Source: the human T2T-CHM13v2.0 reference genome, Homo sapiens. Taken from it: a DNA stretch of 64,000 nucleotides. The notes below the pieces were generated by a model. The model searched no databases, was not told the origin of the DNA, and saw only the letters and a program-made list of their open reading frames with translations. Both the position numbers and the translations under genes were made by a program. The stretch lies in the NCBI RefSeq assembly GCF_009914755.1, contig NC_060930.1; one strand, 5' to 3'. Positions 45,656 through 59,410 of this stretch are shown here, piece after piece. Each line of letters starts with the position of its first letter. The stretch's first letter is position 1.

Positions 45656-45955
45656 CTACCAACAGAAAATAAGTTGGGATTCAGATAAACCAATAAGGAA
45701 ACACATTTCTAGGCCATAGGACATTCTGTATAGGTGATAACTCTCTGGAATAGTGAAAAGAAAAACGAATAGTTGAGAAGGGATTAAAGATTTTAGTAAA
45801 GCAAAAAAATGTGAAGGTTCTCCCCACCAACGTAACTTGTTGAAATAAAGCTGATTATTTTTGGTCACTCTTCTTACTAGCTTTTTTTTTTTAACTTTTC
45901 TACCTTTCCTTGTGGTTTTTGAGGGATTATCAATACCCACATTTGTGAGTTTCAA
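45656..45955 (-). pseudogene. Coding block, start of an RGS-like domain, abutting the ERVL insertion
   Basis: 99 open codons in AT-rich unique DNA directly after tattcacag. Ends HFFALLKSLIPSQLFVFLF...SESQLIFCW*, within about 6 bp of the ERVL-int junction. Confidence 0.5.
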
Positions 45956-46029
45956 CTGTGAATATTCAAATTCTTTTCACATATAAATGTGTCACTTAAT
46001 TTTTCTTTGTTGGGCTATTTGTCATGATT

Positions 46030-46295
46030 GCTATTAACTAGATGTGCAAAGTGCTAATGCATCTCTTTTGTTTACATCAGAGATATTCTTGAATTTTGTT
46101 GATCTGAATGCATTCCACATTGCTCACCCCAAAAGCAGAAAATGTGAGCATTTTTCTGCCTTCATTATCTTGTCAAGTAGAATTAAGGCACTGAATGAAC
46201 ATAATAAGCATTTTGCAATGGACCACTGTTTCTCAATTTCCTGATGGAGAGAGAAACTCTTCTTTTCCCAAATCTTTTCAGAATCCTTCTAAATG
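46030..46295 (-). pseudogene. RGS-like domain remnant
   Basis: Acceptor ctttctgtttatttaaaaaag. Reads AFRRILKRFGKRRVSLSIRKLRNSGPLQNAYYVHSVP*FYLTR**RQKNAHIFCFWGE, then after a frameshift KFKNISDVNKRDALALCT (cf. RGS22 FRRITYRDRNQRKAKSIYI). Confidence 0.5.
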
Positions 46296-46809
46296 CTTTT
46301 TTAAATAAACAGAAAGTGAAAACCACCAAAAATCAGAAGATTAACACTGAGGATATCAGAACATTGGCTTAACTAATGTCAGGTAGAGATATAAAAAGAC
46401 ACCTGAGAGAAATATATATCACTTCTTTCATATTTATTTATAGATACTCTTATGCATTGTCATTTTTAAATAGTAGAAATTATCAAAGAAAGTTTTCATG
46501 GGAAAAGAGACAGAAATGTTCACTCACTCTTAGGTGAAAGAGATCTCTCGGACAGCCCATGGAATCTACATAGAGTGGGCTTATTAGGGAAAATACACGC
46601 AGTTCAAGATTTGGGATTCCATCGTGTAATACATATAATGAAGTGCTGGTTTGAATCTTTTTTCCCTAATGGCAGCAGCAGCAGCTAGGAATCAAGAGAC
46701 CTTGGCCAAATTGCCTCACCTTCTGGGCCCTCAGTTACCTCCTCTGTATATAAGTGGTTCTCAAACCTAGATGCAAATTAGAATCATTTGGGAGCTTTTT
46801 AAAAAAATC

Positions 46810-48080
46810 TATCATTATAGGTTATTTTTGCCTTTCTTTGAACTTAATAAAACAAAATAATACAAAATGTACTTTTTTCTGCTAGCTTTTTAAGTTTAAC
46901 ATCATTTCTGTGAAATTTTCCTTGTTGCATATACTAGTAGTTATTCTTTATTATTGCTGTAAAACATTCATTGTATAAATATGTCATAATTTCTCCATTC
47001 TCCTGTTGGTAGTCATTTGGGTTGTTTCTAGTTAGGGGCTATGAATAGAATACTGCTATAAAAATTCTCATCTGTGTCTTATAGTATAAATACATACTCA
47101 TTTCTTCAGGGTAGGTATCTTATCTTGCCTTATAGTATAAATACATACTCATTTCTTCAGGGTAGGTACCTAGAAGTAGAAATGCTGGATCAAAGGGGTT
47201 TGTATATTTATCTTTAATAGCTATTGCCAATCAATTTTCCAAAGAGGTAGTGCTAAACAGCAGCGTATGAGTTCTGGTTGCTCCATATCCTTTCTGACCC
47301 TTGGTATCATCATTTTAAAAAATTTCAACCATTCTGGCAGATGTGTCATGATATTTCATTGTGGTTTTAGTTTGCTCTTTCCTACTGGCTATCAATCTTG
47401 AGCACTTTCTAAAAGTTCTTATTGAACCTTTAGGTAAAGTTTTTTATGAAGTGCCTGTTTAGAGTTTTTGCCCTCTAAAAATTAGTTTGCTTTTCTTTAT
47501 TGAGCTTTAGTCGTTCTTTATATATTTTAGATACAAGTCTTTTGTTAAACATATCTATTAAAAAATTATTTTCCCTCTCTGTGACTTTTCATTTAGTTGA
47601 TACTGTCTCTTGATAAAGAGCATTTATTATTTTAATAAAGTCTAATTTAATGAAATGTAATTTGTTGTGGTTTATGATTAATGTTTTTTGTGTCTTACTT
47701 AAGAAATCTTTGCCTTCCCCATGGCCATTAAATATTCTATATTTTCTTCTCAAAACTGTATTATTCTCAAAGCATTTATATTTAGATGTATCTACAATCC
47801 ATTTGGAATTAGCATAAGTTAAGGCTCAGGTTTCATTTTTCCATATGCATATCTAATAATTTATTAAAAATATTTTTTGCATTTAAGTTCATGAGATATA
47901 TGGGGTTATAATTCACTGTTCTTATAATGTCTTTGCCAGTTTTTTTAAATCTGGATTATGCTGGCCTCATAAACAAGTTTGGAAATGTTTCCTGTTTCTC
48001 CATACTCACAGAGTTTATGTAAGAGTAGTGTTATTCCTTCTTTAAACATTCAGAAAAATTCACCAGTGAAGCCATCTGGT
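46810..48080 (-). mobile_element. L1ME-like fragments
   Basis: Antisense old-L1 3' and ORF2 motifs (catttgggttgtttctag, gaaatgctggatcaaagg). Confidence 0.7.
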
Positions 48081-48972
48081 CAGTTTCCAAAATCAAAGTC
48101 TTGGTGGGTTTCTGGAATAGCCTTCTAGTTATTCTCTAGCCTGTGTATGCCCCCCACCCCACCCCCACAATTTTTTTTTGCTTATTTGATCAGTTATGAA
48201 GTCGTTTTAAAGTACAAAAGAGGAATTAAATATCATTGCAAAAGATTTTCTGAGAGTATTCACACTAATTCCCCAGAGGAAATTCTAGTTATGGTTTAGA
48301 AAACTAGGAATCGTGTCATTTCTCCATTTAAGTGGATTTAAGTGCATTTAAGTGGATGGAAATGGGGAAATAATAGTGTGTAGGTGTGATAAGTGTTCTT
48401 TCCTTTTTGTACCAAACAAAATAGGAGAGCTGTGTCTGTGATCTAAGGATGTATTTGCTTATTTGTTAGATTTCTAAAAATGTGCTGCTGGGTATTTATA
48501 AAAATAAGCATTGTAATTAAACAAACTAAATGGTATGGCTCTGTTGAACTGTGAGTTTTGTTTTCACACAGAAATGACTGCAGTCCTATTTAGGGGAGGG
48601 GTAGAGAATAAATGAGTAGGTTGTCCAGGTAACAAATATTACCACTGTCTGGGAAAAATGACTGCCTCCATTAACTTAGCAGTATATGAAGTGACTTTGA
48701 AAGGATTAGCTACTGCAGCAGGTTGGAATTTTATAGAGACTCAATCTCTGTCTCCCTCACTTTTTCCCTCCGCCCCAGCTTTGACCTTCCATACTTACAT
48801 TCCGGCTCCTTTGACCTCCCTGACTCCCACAGTCTTGCCAACACAGCTTAACTACATGCAGAAGAACACCCATCTCCCAACAAAATCCCCACAAAAACTC
48901 GAATGAAAACTAGATGGTAAAATAATTCAAATGGGCAGAAAATAAGACCAATAAAGTCTGTCTGAAGCGGTG

Positions 48973-49330
48973 TGATATGGTTTGGCTGTGTCCCCACCCA
49001 AATCTCAGCTTGAATTATCATTCCCATAATTCCTACATGTCATGGGAATTGTCCCTGTGGGAGGTAATTTAATCGTGGGGGCGGGTCTTTCCCACACTGT
49101 TTTCCTGTTAGTGAATAAGAGATCTGATGGTTTTATAAAGGGGAGTTCCCCTGCACACGCAATCCTGCCTGTGGCCATGTAAGATGTGCCTTTCTCCTCT
49201 TTCGCTTTCTGCCATGATTGTGAGGCCTCCCCAGCTATGTGACACTGTGAGTCCATTAAACCTCTTTTTCTTTATAAATTACCCAGTTTAGGGTATGTCT
49301 TTATTAGCAGCGTAAGAATAGACTAATGCA
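48973..49330 (+). mobile_element. THE1 (THE1C-like) MaLR solo LTR
   Basis: tgatatggtttggctgtgtccccacccaaatctc ... gactaatgca. Confidence 0.92.
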
Positions 49331-49649
49331 AGATGCTATAATGTTTCATTTGGGGTTGTTTAGAACTAGATGTGGGCCTTGGAGTGTGAGCTCCCTGGGG
49401 ACTGAGGAGATCCTAGGAGTTAGAAAAAAATCATTGGAAAAATTGAAAGCAAACTTGAGAGTTTTTAGAGAAGGTTTCAAAACATGAAGAAGTAGTTACA
49501 ACATAAATAACTTTGAGCCTCTGAACCAGGGATATGTAATTGGTGATAATTTTATGAACAAAGTTGATAAACGTTGTTAAAAAGTTTAACAATTTAACAA
49601 ATTGTTAAACTGTAACAAAAAGTTACAGTTGAAATAGATTTAAGCAATG

Positions 49650-49961
49650 AAATGAATATGACCTGGAAATGGGGGTGAACCTGTAGCTCAAAGAGAAGAA
49701 ATTTCGCTTTCCTATTAATAAGGAGGCTGGGAGAATTGGTTCTGATTTTCAAGGAAGATGCAAGTACACAGAAATTAGGAAAGGGCCTATGAAACTGCCA
49801 TAAAATGCCATCACATTTGTCGACTTATGCCAAAAATAATGTATCGCTCCAAACTCATGAGGCTGTAACTCACGTGCTTTACAGGTAGTAAAATGTTTGT
49901 GCATCCCATACAACTGACTAAAGAAATGGGGAAAGGACAGTGTGAGAACACGAAGGATCAT
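49650..49961 (-). pseudogene. RGS22-like domain remnant
   Basis: ORF-track 49749..49961 reads MILRVLTL...AIHYFWHKSTNVMAFYGSFIGPFLIS, versus recalled RGS22 SVYFWFDLQAYHQLFYQETLQPFKVC (YFW, FY and PF shared). A later frame reads EISSL*ATGSPPF, versus EIYMKIQPPF. Confidence 0.55.
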
Positions 49962-50116
49962 GCTCCAAGGAAACAGTCTCGTCAGGGGAATCTTCTGGTC
50001 TACTGGGTGTTAGACATAGAAGGTAAACTAGGTGAAACTGCTGAAAGCCTTTTTGCAGCTGTATTTTGCCATCTTATATGGCTGTGACATAGCAGCCAAG
50101 ACAAAGATTGTTTACC

Positions 50117-50561
50117 TAGCTTCAAAGAAAGTCCAATTTGGTTGGCTGCAAGAATTCCATGTGTAACCTTGTGTAAGTGTTTTGACCTCTAGGGCATGAT
50201 TTACAGCTTTGCCTTTTTTGTAGTCTTTGCATTGCCTCAGCCCAATAGGAATCCCCTGGGCCCTGATGTCAGCAGTCTAGGATTTTCAGACAAACAAGTG
50301 TTTCTTGGCTGTCACGAACCATGTTAAATTGTTCCCAACTGCGCTTCTGTGAAACCATGAAGCATTATATCAGACCATTAGATGTACTGATCCTCTGTCC
50401 CACCCCATCTTGCTTGCTGGTCTCTATGAAGCTGGTACTGATGTGCTCAGCTATTGTTCTTCCTACTGTGCCTTCCCTGTTGGGTAACCTGAATTCACAG
50501 TTTCACTTCCTTTCCAGAAACGAACCAGAAATATTTTGTTCATTTGTGGTGAATGAAGTGC
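50117..50561 (-). pseudogene. Candidate linker pseudo-exon
   Basis: Strong acceptor cattcctctttctcgtcag; one frame has only 3 stops in its first ~145 codons (GTSFTTNEQNISGSFLERK*...); no recognisable motif. Confidence 0.3.
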
Positions 50562-51679
50562 CTGACGAGAAAGAGGAATGTAGCTTAATTCCAGTGTTGA
50601 ATGTGGCTCTTGAGGCCAGTATATGCTAAAACTCAGAATAAGGATCCCTTTCCAATTCTTTCTCTCTTCTCATCCTTTGTGGTTAGTTATACTAGAGACA
50701 AATCAGTTGGCAGGGAGTCATTAAGGCTGGAGATTAAGCTACACTTCTAGGCAGGAGGATAACTGCTAATGACCCTCTAAATTCCACTTTTCTAGCCCTA
50801 AACACTAATTATTTTAAATATTTACTGTTTCATATATATTTACTGTTTAATATTAAATATTTACTGTTTAAAATATAATTATTTTAAAATAAAATTATTG
50901 TTTTGCTGCTTGCATGCTGGCAAGTGAAAGCACATCTAGGAGATCATGCAGGTGAGATGGGCCAGAGGGACCTCCAAAAGAAAATAGCCCAAGTTACATG
51001 TGTCCCTACCTTTGCTGTTGACCATAGACAGTGAAATCTATAAATCTGTGTGGAGCCTTCTCTGATTCTTGCAGAGTTTGGGCTCACACTGAGTTCATTA
51101 AAGCCTTGCTGATGGGCTCATTTTTTGCTAATCCCACTGTAGTTATATTTTTCTACCCTGCTCTTCTGCCTCAAAGCTACAGAAAGTGCTTGGGTGTCAT
51201 GGAGGGGTTGCTCTTTGATCACTCTCTTCTCTTTGTCTATAGTAGGAAATTAACAAATGTTGACTGAATGTGCGAGTGAGTGAATGTTAGGGATTTCTGG
51301 ACAATATCAGTCAAGGGAATGTGAAAGAGCAGAGCAGCCAAGGAAGGAAAATAGGGCTTGGAAGAATGGACTGGAAGACAGGTCCAACGGTAAACAGATT
51401 TGAGGAATACAAATGGATAAGGTTTTGTAAGGAGGGTTAGCAAGTTTGTAAAACAGTGCTCCCTAGATGCTAAAAATGAAGCCGTAACCTCTCCCAGCTT
51501 CTTCTCATCTGCTTGTGCACACCAATGGTAAGACATAGGGAAGAAGAAGTAGGTATTTGACTAGTACTTGTGTTGGGGGTGGGCTTAGAAAGTATTCAAG
51601 GGGGTAAAGCCACCAGACCTCTAGTCACTCTTCCTTTCACATCTTGAGTTTGTATGCATTGATTCTCTTTCCTTAGGAC

Positions 51680-52292
51680 TTCTCAAGTCCATCTCTTCTC
51701 CATTCCGATGGCATGCCTTAATTCCAATCCTCACGTCATTTCTTACCTTGAAGCCTAGAGTGATCTTCTAATTCATTTCTTAGACTTCAGTAGTACCCGT
51801 CCAATCCACTGCCAACACTGCTACCAGAGAGATCTTTATAAAACAAAAATCCAATTGTATTACTGCCTTACTGAAAATTATTTAGTGGTCACATTGTCCT
51901 CCAAACTTGGGGGCTGCAAGACACTTTATGATCTTCCCTCACCTACCTCTTCAGCCTATTTCTTGCCAGGCCCCTAGCATTGCTGAACCACCTGCAGTCC
52001 CAGGGATTTACAGTGAATTTCTAACCTCTGTTCCTTTCTACAAATGGCTCCATCTGCCAGGAATCCTCTGTGTTCTTCCTCTTCATCTTTGCCAACCTCC
52101 TACTCCCATCACTGAGGTGACTCTTACTTATTCTTTTAGACATTGTTCAGGCATCATCTTACCTGAGAAGTCTCTCTGGAATCCCCATCTTCCTTTCCTC
52201 TCCTGGATGATTAGCTTCTTGAAAGTAGAGACTGAGGCTAGAATAGTAATGGGTACGTGGTGGGTATTCAGTAGCTATTTGAAAAAAGAAAT
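51680..52292 (+). mobile_element. L2 fragment
   Basis: L2 3' motifs ending gtattcagtagctatttg. Confidence 0.6.
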
Positions 52293-52639
52293 GAGAGAAA
52301 AATAGAAGACTATACTAGAGATATTGATCATTGCCTGCCCTGCTCATAGCCCTTTCTGTATCCATGTGATCCTATCCCTCAGCCTGAGTGGATTAGGACC
52401 ATCAATGGCCTGGCTTGAAAAGACCAGCTGAGCCAATCAGATTTATTTATTGGTATTTTGGAGTTGGGGAATGAGAAACTGAGTGAATTAGAAAAGACAA
52501 CTGGAGTTGAAGGTATGATGTAGAGTCAGGATATAGAGGCATGGTGGAAATGGAAATTATAGGAAGAAGAAGTTAGTTAATAGATGCGAATTGAGCAAAT
52601 GCACACAGAAAAACAAAGATGTCATGAGAGAAAGGTCAT

Positions 52640-52641
<2 letters not shown>

Positions 52642-52681
<40 letters not shown>
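52642..52681 (+). repeat. (GA)n
   Basis: Direct inspection. Confidence 0.95.
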
Positions 52682-52683
<2 letters not shown>

Positions 52684-52750
52684 CTTCTGTTGTTCCTAAC
52701 ACTTTTTCTTGGGTGGGTTCCTGCAAAATCTGTTTTGTTTTGGGGGGTGA

Positions 52751-53212
52751 TTTTTTTTTTTTGACAGTGTCTCACTTTGTCACCCAGGCTGGAGTGCAGT
52801 GAGCCATCTTGGCTCACTGCAGCCTTGACCTCACAGGCTGGAGTGATCCTCCTGCTTCAGCCTGCTAACTAGCTGGGACTACAGACACACGCCACCACAC
52901 CCAGCTAAGTTTTGAATTTTTTGTAGAGGTGGAGTTTTGCCATGTTTCCCAGGCTGGTCTCCTGGACTCAAGGGATCTGCCTGCCTCAGCCTCTCAAAGT
53001 GCTTCTATTACAGATTTGAGCCACTGCAGCTGGCCTTTTTTTTTTTTTTTCCCTTCTTCTTCTTTTTGAGTCAGGGTCTCACTCTGTCGCCCAGGCTGGA
53101 GTGCAGTGGCCTGATCTCAGCTCACTGCAACCTGCAACTCCATGGCTCAAGCAATTCTCCAGCCTCAGCCTCCTGAGTAGCTGAGACCACAGGCACATGC
53201 CACCATACTGAG
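52751..53212 (-). mobile_element. AluJ (52751-53035) plus adjacent partial Alu right arm (53036-53212)
   Basis: Two antisense Alu bodies with T tails. Confidence 0.9.
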
Positions 53213-53879
53213 GTAAAATCTCTGGATTTTAACATTAAATCATTATGGGAACTAATACGAGCAAATTTCTGTTCTGAGTATGTAAAGGAGTCTAAACTGA
53301 AATAGCAAGAGAAGAGAGAAAGGGAGAGAGGAAGAGAAGAGGGAAAGAAAAGAGCAAATAAGGCTGGTTCTAGACCACCAACTTCCCTTTTCCCCTAGGC
53401 TTCTGTTTGCTTGGGATTTACTCCATGCCAGAAAGGAACAAGGAAACCCATTCCCTCTCCACTAGCCCTGACCAGGGAGGAAGTCTGCCCAGGGTTTGAC
53501 ATCCATAATTTCTCCATGCCTATGGGCCCACCTTGGTCACTCACTTCTCCATAGCATTGTCATTGTGAATTATGCACAAATAAACAGAGGTCTGAAGAAA
53601 CACCATAAATCCCTGGTGCTAACATAAAGAAATTAATTAAGAAAGTTAAAAATGTTAAATATCTTATTGAACCCCAAACACAGTTCACAAAAACAAAACT
53701 TCAGTAACAAAAAAAAATTCGGTCAAAGAAATATTTTTGATCTTAAGAAATTGATTAATAAATGTTTTTAAAAATATGCATGAATTAAATATCAATGCTA
53801 TCAAAAAAAGTTGCAAAATAAATGAGAGACAAAAATTATTTTGTTTCTAGTTATGTATCTGAACAATTGTTTTATTGGT

Positions 53880-54390
53880 TGCTTGTTTGGTTGAAACTTA
53901 ATAATTTATTATGCAAAATGGACATGAGGATTTATAATGCCAAGAAATAGAACTCTGTTTTGCTCTTTTTTGGATTTCTCAAAAGGAATACCTTGAAAGA
54001 ATGTCTTATAAGGGTGTTCAAAATATTCTGAGCTACTTATTGGTAAACAAAAATTTATATACTTGGATGAGATGCCAAAAAATTGAAAAAAATGAAGTCA
54101 TATTTTTTCTTGTAGTGGGAAGTATGGCTAATATTTTAATACATGTATAGGCATTTATCATAATTGCTTGTTAGATATTTAATACATTTATCATAACATA
54201 AAAATGTATGATAAAGTGTTAGATGCTGGCACAAATTCATTAATTCTGTGTGATAGGTGTCATGGAAAGACTTTCTTGGAAAAAAAAATTCTTCAAAGCA
54301 TATTGTTATGGGAATGACCAAAATTTCCAAGAAGGGTGGTTTTTTTGCTTGTTAAATGAGAGGAGTTTATACTCAATTCTTGAATTCTCT
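53880..54390 (-). pseudogene. Pseudo-exon containing an RGS-like domain
   Basis: Strong acceptor ttctcacttctgctttttatcaag. A 71-codon open stretch FLEILVIPITICFEEFFF...LMNLCQHLTLYHTFL..., then in the same frame YKKKYDFIFFNFLASHPSI*IFVYQ*VAQNILNTLIRHSFK...FYFLAL*ILMSIL. 3' boundary uncertain (possible donor at 53992). Confidence 0.55.
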
Positions 54391-54545
54391 CTTGATAAAA
54401 AGCAGAAGTGAGAAAACTGTCAACTAGAATGATAGATGTGTAGTATAAAATTTAATGAACTCTGGGGAATTCCATATATTTTAAAGCAGTTTCTTTTCTT
54501 AAAGAAACACATTAACAGAATGGATTCTTTTCTACAGGAGCATTT

Positions 54546-55959
54546 CATTTATTTATTTTTTTAACTTTTATTTTAGGTTCGGAGGTACATGTGCAGGTTT
54601 GCTGTATAGGTAAACTTGTGTCACAGGGGTTTATTGTACAGATTGTTTTGTCACCCAGGTATTAAACCCAGTACCCAATAGTTCCTTTTTCTGATTTTCT
54701 CCCTCCTCCCAACCTCCAACTTCAAGTAGACCCCAGTGTCTTTTGTTTCCTTCTTTACATCTGTATGTTCTCATCATTTAGCTCCCACTTATTAGGGAGA
54801 ACATGAGGTATTTGGTTTTCTGTTCCTGTGTTAGTTTGCTAAGGATAATGGTCTCCAGCTCCATTCGTGTTCCTGTAAAAGATACAATGTCATTCTTCTT
54901 ATGGCTTGATAGTATTCCATGGTGTATATGTACCACATTTTCTTTATTCAGTCCGTCATTGATGGGCATTTAGGTTGATTCTGTGTCTTTGCTATTGTGA
55001 ATAGTGCTGCAATGAACATTCTCATCCATGTGTCTTTATGGTAGAATGATTCATATTCCTCTGGATACATACCCAGTAATGGGATTGCTGGGTTGAATGG
55101 TAGTTCTGTTTTTAGCTCTTTAAGGAATCATCATATCACTTTCCACAATGGTTATGCTAATTAACACTCCCACCAATGTGTATAAGTGTTTCCTTTTCTC
55201 CTTGACCTTGCCAGCCTCTGTTATTTTTTTAGTTTTTAACAATAGCCATTTGGAACGGTGTGAAATGGTACCTCATTGTGGTTTTGATCTGCATTTCTCT
55301 AATGATCAGTGATATTGAGCTTTTTTTTTCATATGCTTATTGGTTGCATGTATGTCTTCTCTTGAAAATGTCTGTTTATGTTCCTTGACCCCTTTTAATG
55401 GGGTTGTTATTTCTTGTTAATTTGTTTAACTTCCTTATAGATGCTGGCTGTTAGACCTTTGTCAGATGCATAGTTTGTGAATATTTTCTCCCATTCTATA
55501 GGTTGTCTGTTTACTCTGTTGATAGTTTTTTTTTTCTGTGCAGAAGCTTTTAAGTTTAATTAGATCCCACTTGTCAATTTTTGCCTTTGTTGTGATTCCT
55601 TTTGGTGTCTTTATCATGAAATCTTTGCCTGTTCCTATGTTCAGGATAGTATTGCCTCATTGTCCTCCAGAGTTTTTATAGTTTTGGGTTTTACATTTAA
55701 GTCTTTAATCCATCATGAGTTGATTTTTGTATATGGTATCAGGAAAGGGTCTGGTTTCAATATTCCACACATGTCAGTTATCCCAGCACCATTTAGTGAC
55801 TATAGAGCCCTTTCCCCATTGCTTATTTTTATGAGGTTTTTTGAAGATCAGATGGTTGCAGGTGTGCAGCCTTATTTCTGGGCTCTCTATTCTGTTCCAT
55901 TCGTCTATGTGTCTGTTTTTATACCAGTACCATGCTGTTTTGGTTACTGTAGCCCTTTC
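54546..55959 (-). mobile_element. 5'-truncated L1PA15/16-like
   Basis: TSD acaggagcattt at 54534-54545 and 55960-55971. Confidence 0.9.
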
Positions 55960-56090
55960 ACAGGAGCATTTTAGTTGTATTGTTCTTTATTAAGAAGACT
56001 ATAGCTAATGTTAACAAAATCAAATTATGAATAAAATTAGAAAGCTTAAGTACATAACCTATCTTTTTTCATCAAGGGCCACTAATTTCT

Positions 56091-57054
56091 TTTTTAAATT
56101 GTTTTATTTATTTATTCATTTTTTATTTTACTTTAAGTTCTGGGATACATGTGCAGAACGTGCAGGTTTGTTACATAGGTATACATGTGCCATGGTGGTT
56201 TCCTGTACCTATCAACCTGTCATCTAGGTTTTAAGCCCCACATGCATTAGGTATTTGTCCTAATGCTCTCCCTCCCCTTGCCCCTGCCCCCAACTCCCCA
56301 ACAGGCCCCGGTGTGTGATGCTCCCCTCCCTGTGTTCATGTGTTCTCATTGTTCAACTCCCACTTATGAGTGAGAACATGTGGTGTTTGGTTTTCTGTTC
56401 CTATGTTAGTTTGCTGAGAATGATGGCTTCCATTTTCATCCATGTCCCTGCAAAGGACATGAACCCATTCTTTTTTATGGCTGCATAGTATTCCATGGTG
56501 TATATGTGCCACATTTTCTTTATCCAGTAGAATGACTTATAATCCTTTGGGCATATACCCAGTAATGAGACTGCTGGGTCAAATGGTATTTCTGGTTCTA
56601 GATTCTTGAAGAATTGCCACACTGTCTTCCACAATGGTTGAACTAATTTACACTCCCACCAAGACTGTAAAAGCATTCCTATTTCTCCACAGCCTTGCAG
56701 CATCTGTTGTTTTCTGACTTTTTAATAATTGCCATTCTGACTGGCATGAGATTGTATCACATTGTCATTTTGATTTGCATTTCTCTAATGACCAGTGATA
56801 ATGAGCTTTTTTTCATATGTTTGTTGGCCGCATAAATGTCTTCTTTTGAGAAGTGTCTGTTCATATCGTTCACCCACTTCTTGATGGGGTTGTTTGTTTT
56901 TTCTTGTAAATTTGTTTGAGTTCCTTGTAGATTCTGGATATTAGACCTTTGTCAGATGGGTAGCTTGCAAAAATGTTCTCCCATTCTGCAGGTTGCCTAT
57001 TCACTCTGATGATAGTTTCTTTTGCTGTGCAGAAGCTCTTTAGTTTGATTAGAT
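56091..57054 (-). mobile_element. 5'-truncated L1PA8-like with a ~100-bp internal deletion near 56527
   Basis: ctaggttttaagccccacatgcattagg diagnostic; TSD aagggccac(t/c)a(a/g)tttct. Confidence 0.9.
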
Positions 57055-58085
57055 AAGGGCCACCAGTTTCTAAATGTTAATCCACTGTGGTCATATAAGA
57101 AGAAAAATAACTTGTTTTTTTCAGAAAAATAAGAAATGTTCAACTCATCCATTTAAAACCCAAATACTGAAAGGTGACATCACTACAGATCCTATAGACA
57201 GTAAAAGGATAACACAGGAATGAATATTACAAGCAATTCTATGCCCACAACTTCAATAACCTAGATAAAATGGACCAATTCCTTGAAAGACACAATCTGC
57301 CAAAACTCATACAAGAAGAAATAGACAATCTGAATAGACCTATATCTATTAAAGAAATTTAATCAATAATTAATAACATTCCAAAGCAAAAAGCATCAGG
57401 TCCAGATGGGTTCGCTGGTGAATTCTACCAAATATTTAAGGGAAAAACTATACCGATTCTCTGCAATCTCTTCCAGAAGATATAAGCAGAATAAATATTT
57501 TCTCACTAACTCTATTAGGCCAGCATTACTCTATTGCCAATATCAAAGACATTATAAGAAAAGAAAACTATACACCAATATCTCGTATGAATATAGATGT
57601 AAAAATACTTATAGAATTATAGCAATCAAATCCAATTACAGCTAGAAAGCTAAAACATCATGATCAAGGGGGTTTATTTCAGGAATACAACATTGGTTTA
57701 ACATTCAAAAATTAATTAATCTACCACATGAACAGGCTAAAGCAGAAAAATCACATGATTATACCAAGAGATGCAGAAAAAGCATTTGACAAAATCCAAC
57801 CCCCATTCATGGAAAAAAAGAGCCAGTAAACTAGGAATAGAGGAGAATATCCTGAACTTAAGAGGAAATATTTATACAAATCCTACAGTGAATAGCATAC
57901 TTAATGGTGAGAAATGAAACTTTCCTGCTAAGATCAGAAACAAGACAATAATGTCCTCTCTCACCACTGCTCCTCAACATTGTGTTGGAAGTCCTAGCTA
58001 ATGCAAGAAGATGAGAAAGGAAATTAAGGCAAAAAGATTGGGAAGAAATTAAACTATCTTTTTCTGTAGATGACATGATCATCTA

Positions 58086-58413
58086 CAGTCATCCCTTGGT
58101 ATCCATGGGGTATTGGTTACAGGACCTCTCTCACAAACCAAAATTGACAGATGCTCAAATCCCTTATATAAAATGACATAGTATTTGCATATAACCTGCA
58201 CATATCTTCCTGTATACTTTATCATCTCTAGGTTACTTGTAATGCCTAATACCATGTAAATGCTTTCTGAGTAGTTGTTATACTGTATTGCTTTTTAATT
58301 CGTATTATCTTTGTTGTTGTACTGTTAATTTTATTATTGTTTTCTGAATATTTTTTATACACTGTCGTTTGAATCTGTGGATGTGGAACCTGCAGATACA
58401 GAGGGCCAAATTC
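58086..58413 (+). mobile_element. MER2 (TcMar-Tigger)
   Basis: ta|cagtcatcccttggtatccatgggg ... gatacagagggccaa. Confidence 0.88.
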
Positions 58414-58862
58414 ATGTAGAAATTCTGAAAGAATTGACAAAGAAATCTTCTGGAACTAACAAGCAATGTTGCAGGTTACAAGGTTAATATATAAAAGTCT
58501 ATTGCTTTTCTATATACCATCAATGAACAAGTGGAATTTGAAATTAAAAACACATTTAGCACCCCTCCACAAAGTAAAATACTTAAGAATAAATCTTACA
58601 AAATATGTTTTATGACTTATCTTCTTGTATAAACTTTTTGTTGATTACAAATGTAAACCTTATATGAGGTTCTATATGCAGAAAACTACAAAAGTCTGAT
58701 GAAAAAAGTCTGATGAAAGATATCAAAGAAGAATTGAATAGAAAGATATTCCAGTCTATTGAAAATAAGACAATATTATCAAGATGTCAATTCTTCTCAA
58801 CTTGATCAATAGGTTCAATGCAAATGCAGTCAAGATCCTAGCAAGTTATTTTGTGGATATCA

Positions 58863-59206
<344 letters not shown>

Positions 59207-59410
59207 GTTTATACAGTGAAGCAAAAGGCCAGAATAGCTAACTATTGAACAAGAATAAAGTTTGAAGGACTGGCATTACTCAGCTTCGAGACATACTTTA
59301 AAGCTACACTAATAAAGGCAGTGTGACATTGGCAAAAGAATAGGCAAATAGAGCAATGGAACAGAATAGAGAGCCCAGAAATATACCCACAAATATATAG
59401 CCAACCCATC

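Noticed and set aside
54257-54407. Plus-strand open frame VMERLSWKKKFFKAYCYG... with a gtgaga donor
   Set aside because: Weak acceptor; overlaps the better-supported minus-strand RGS-like exon.
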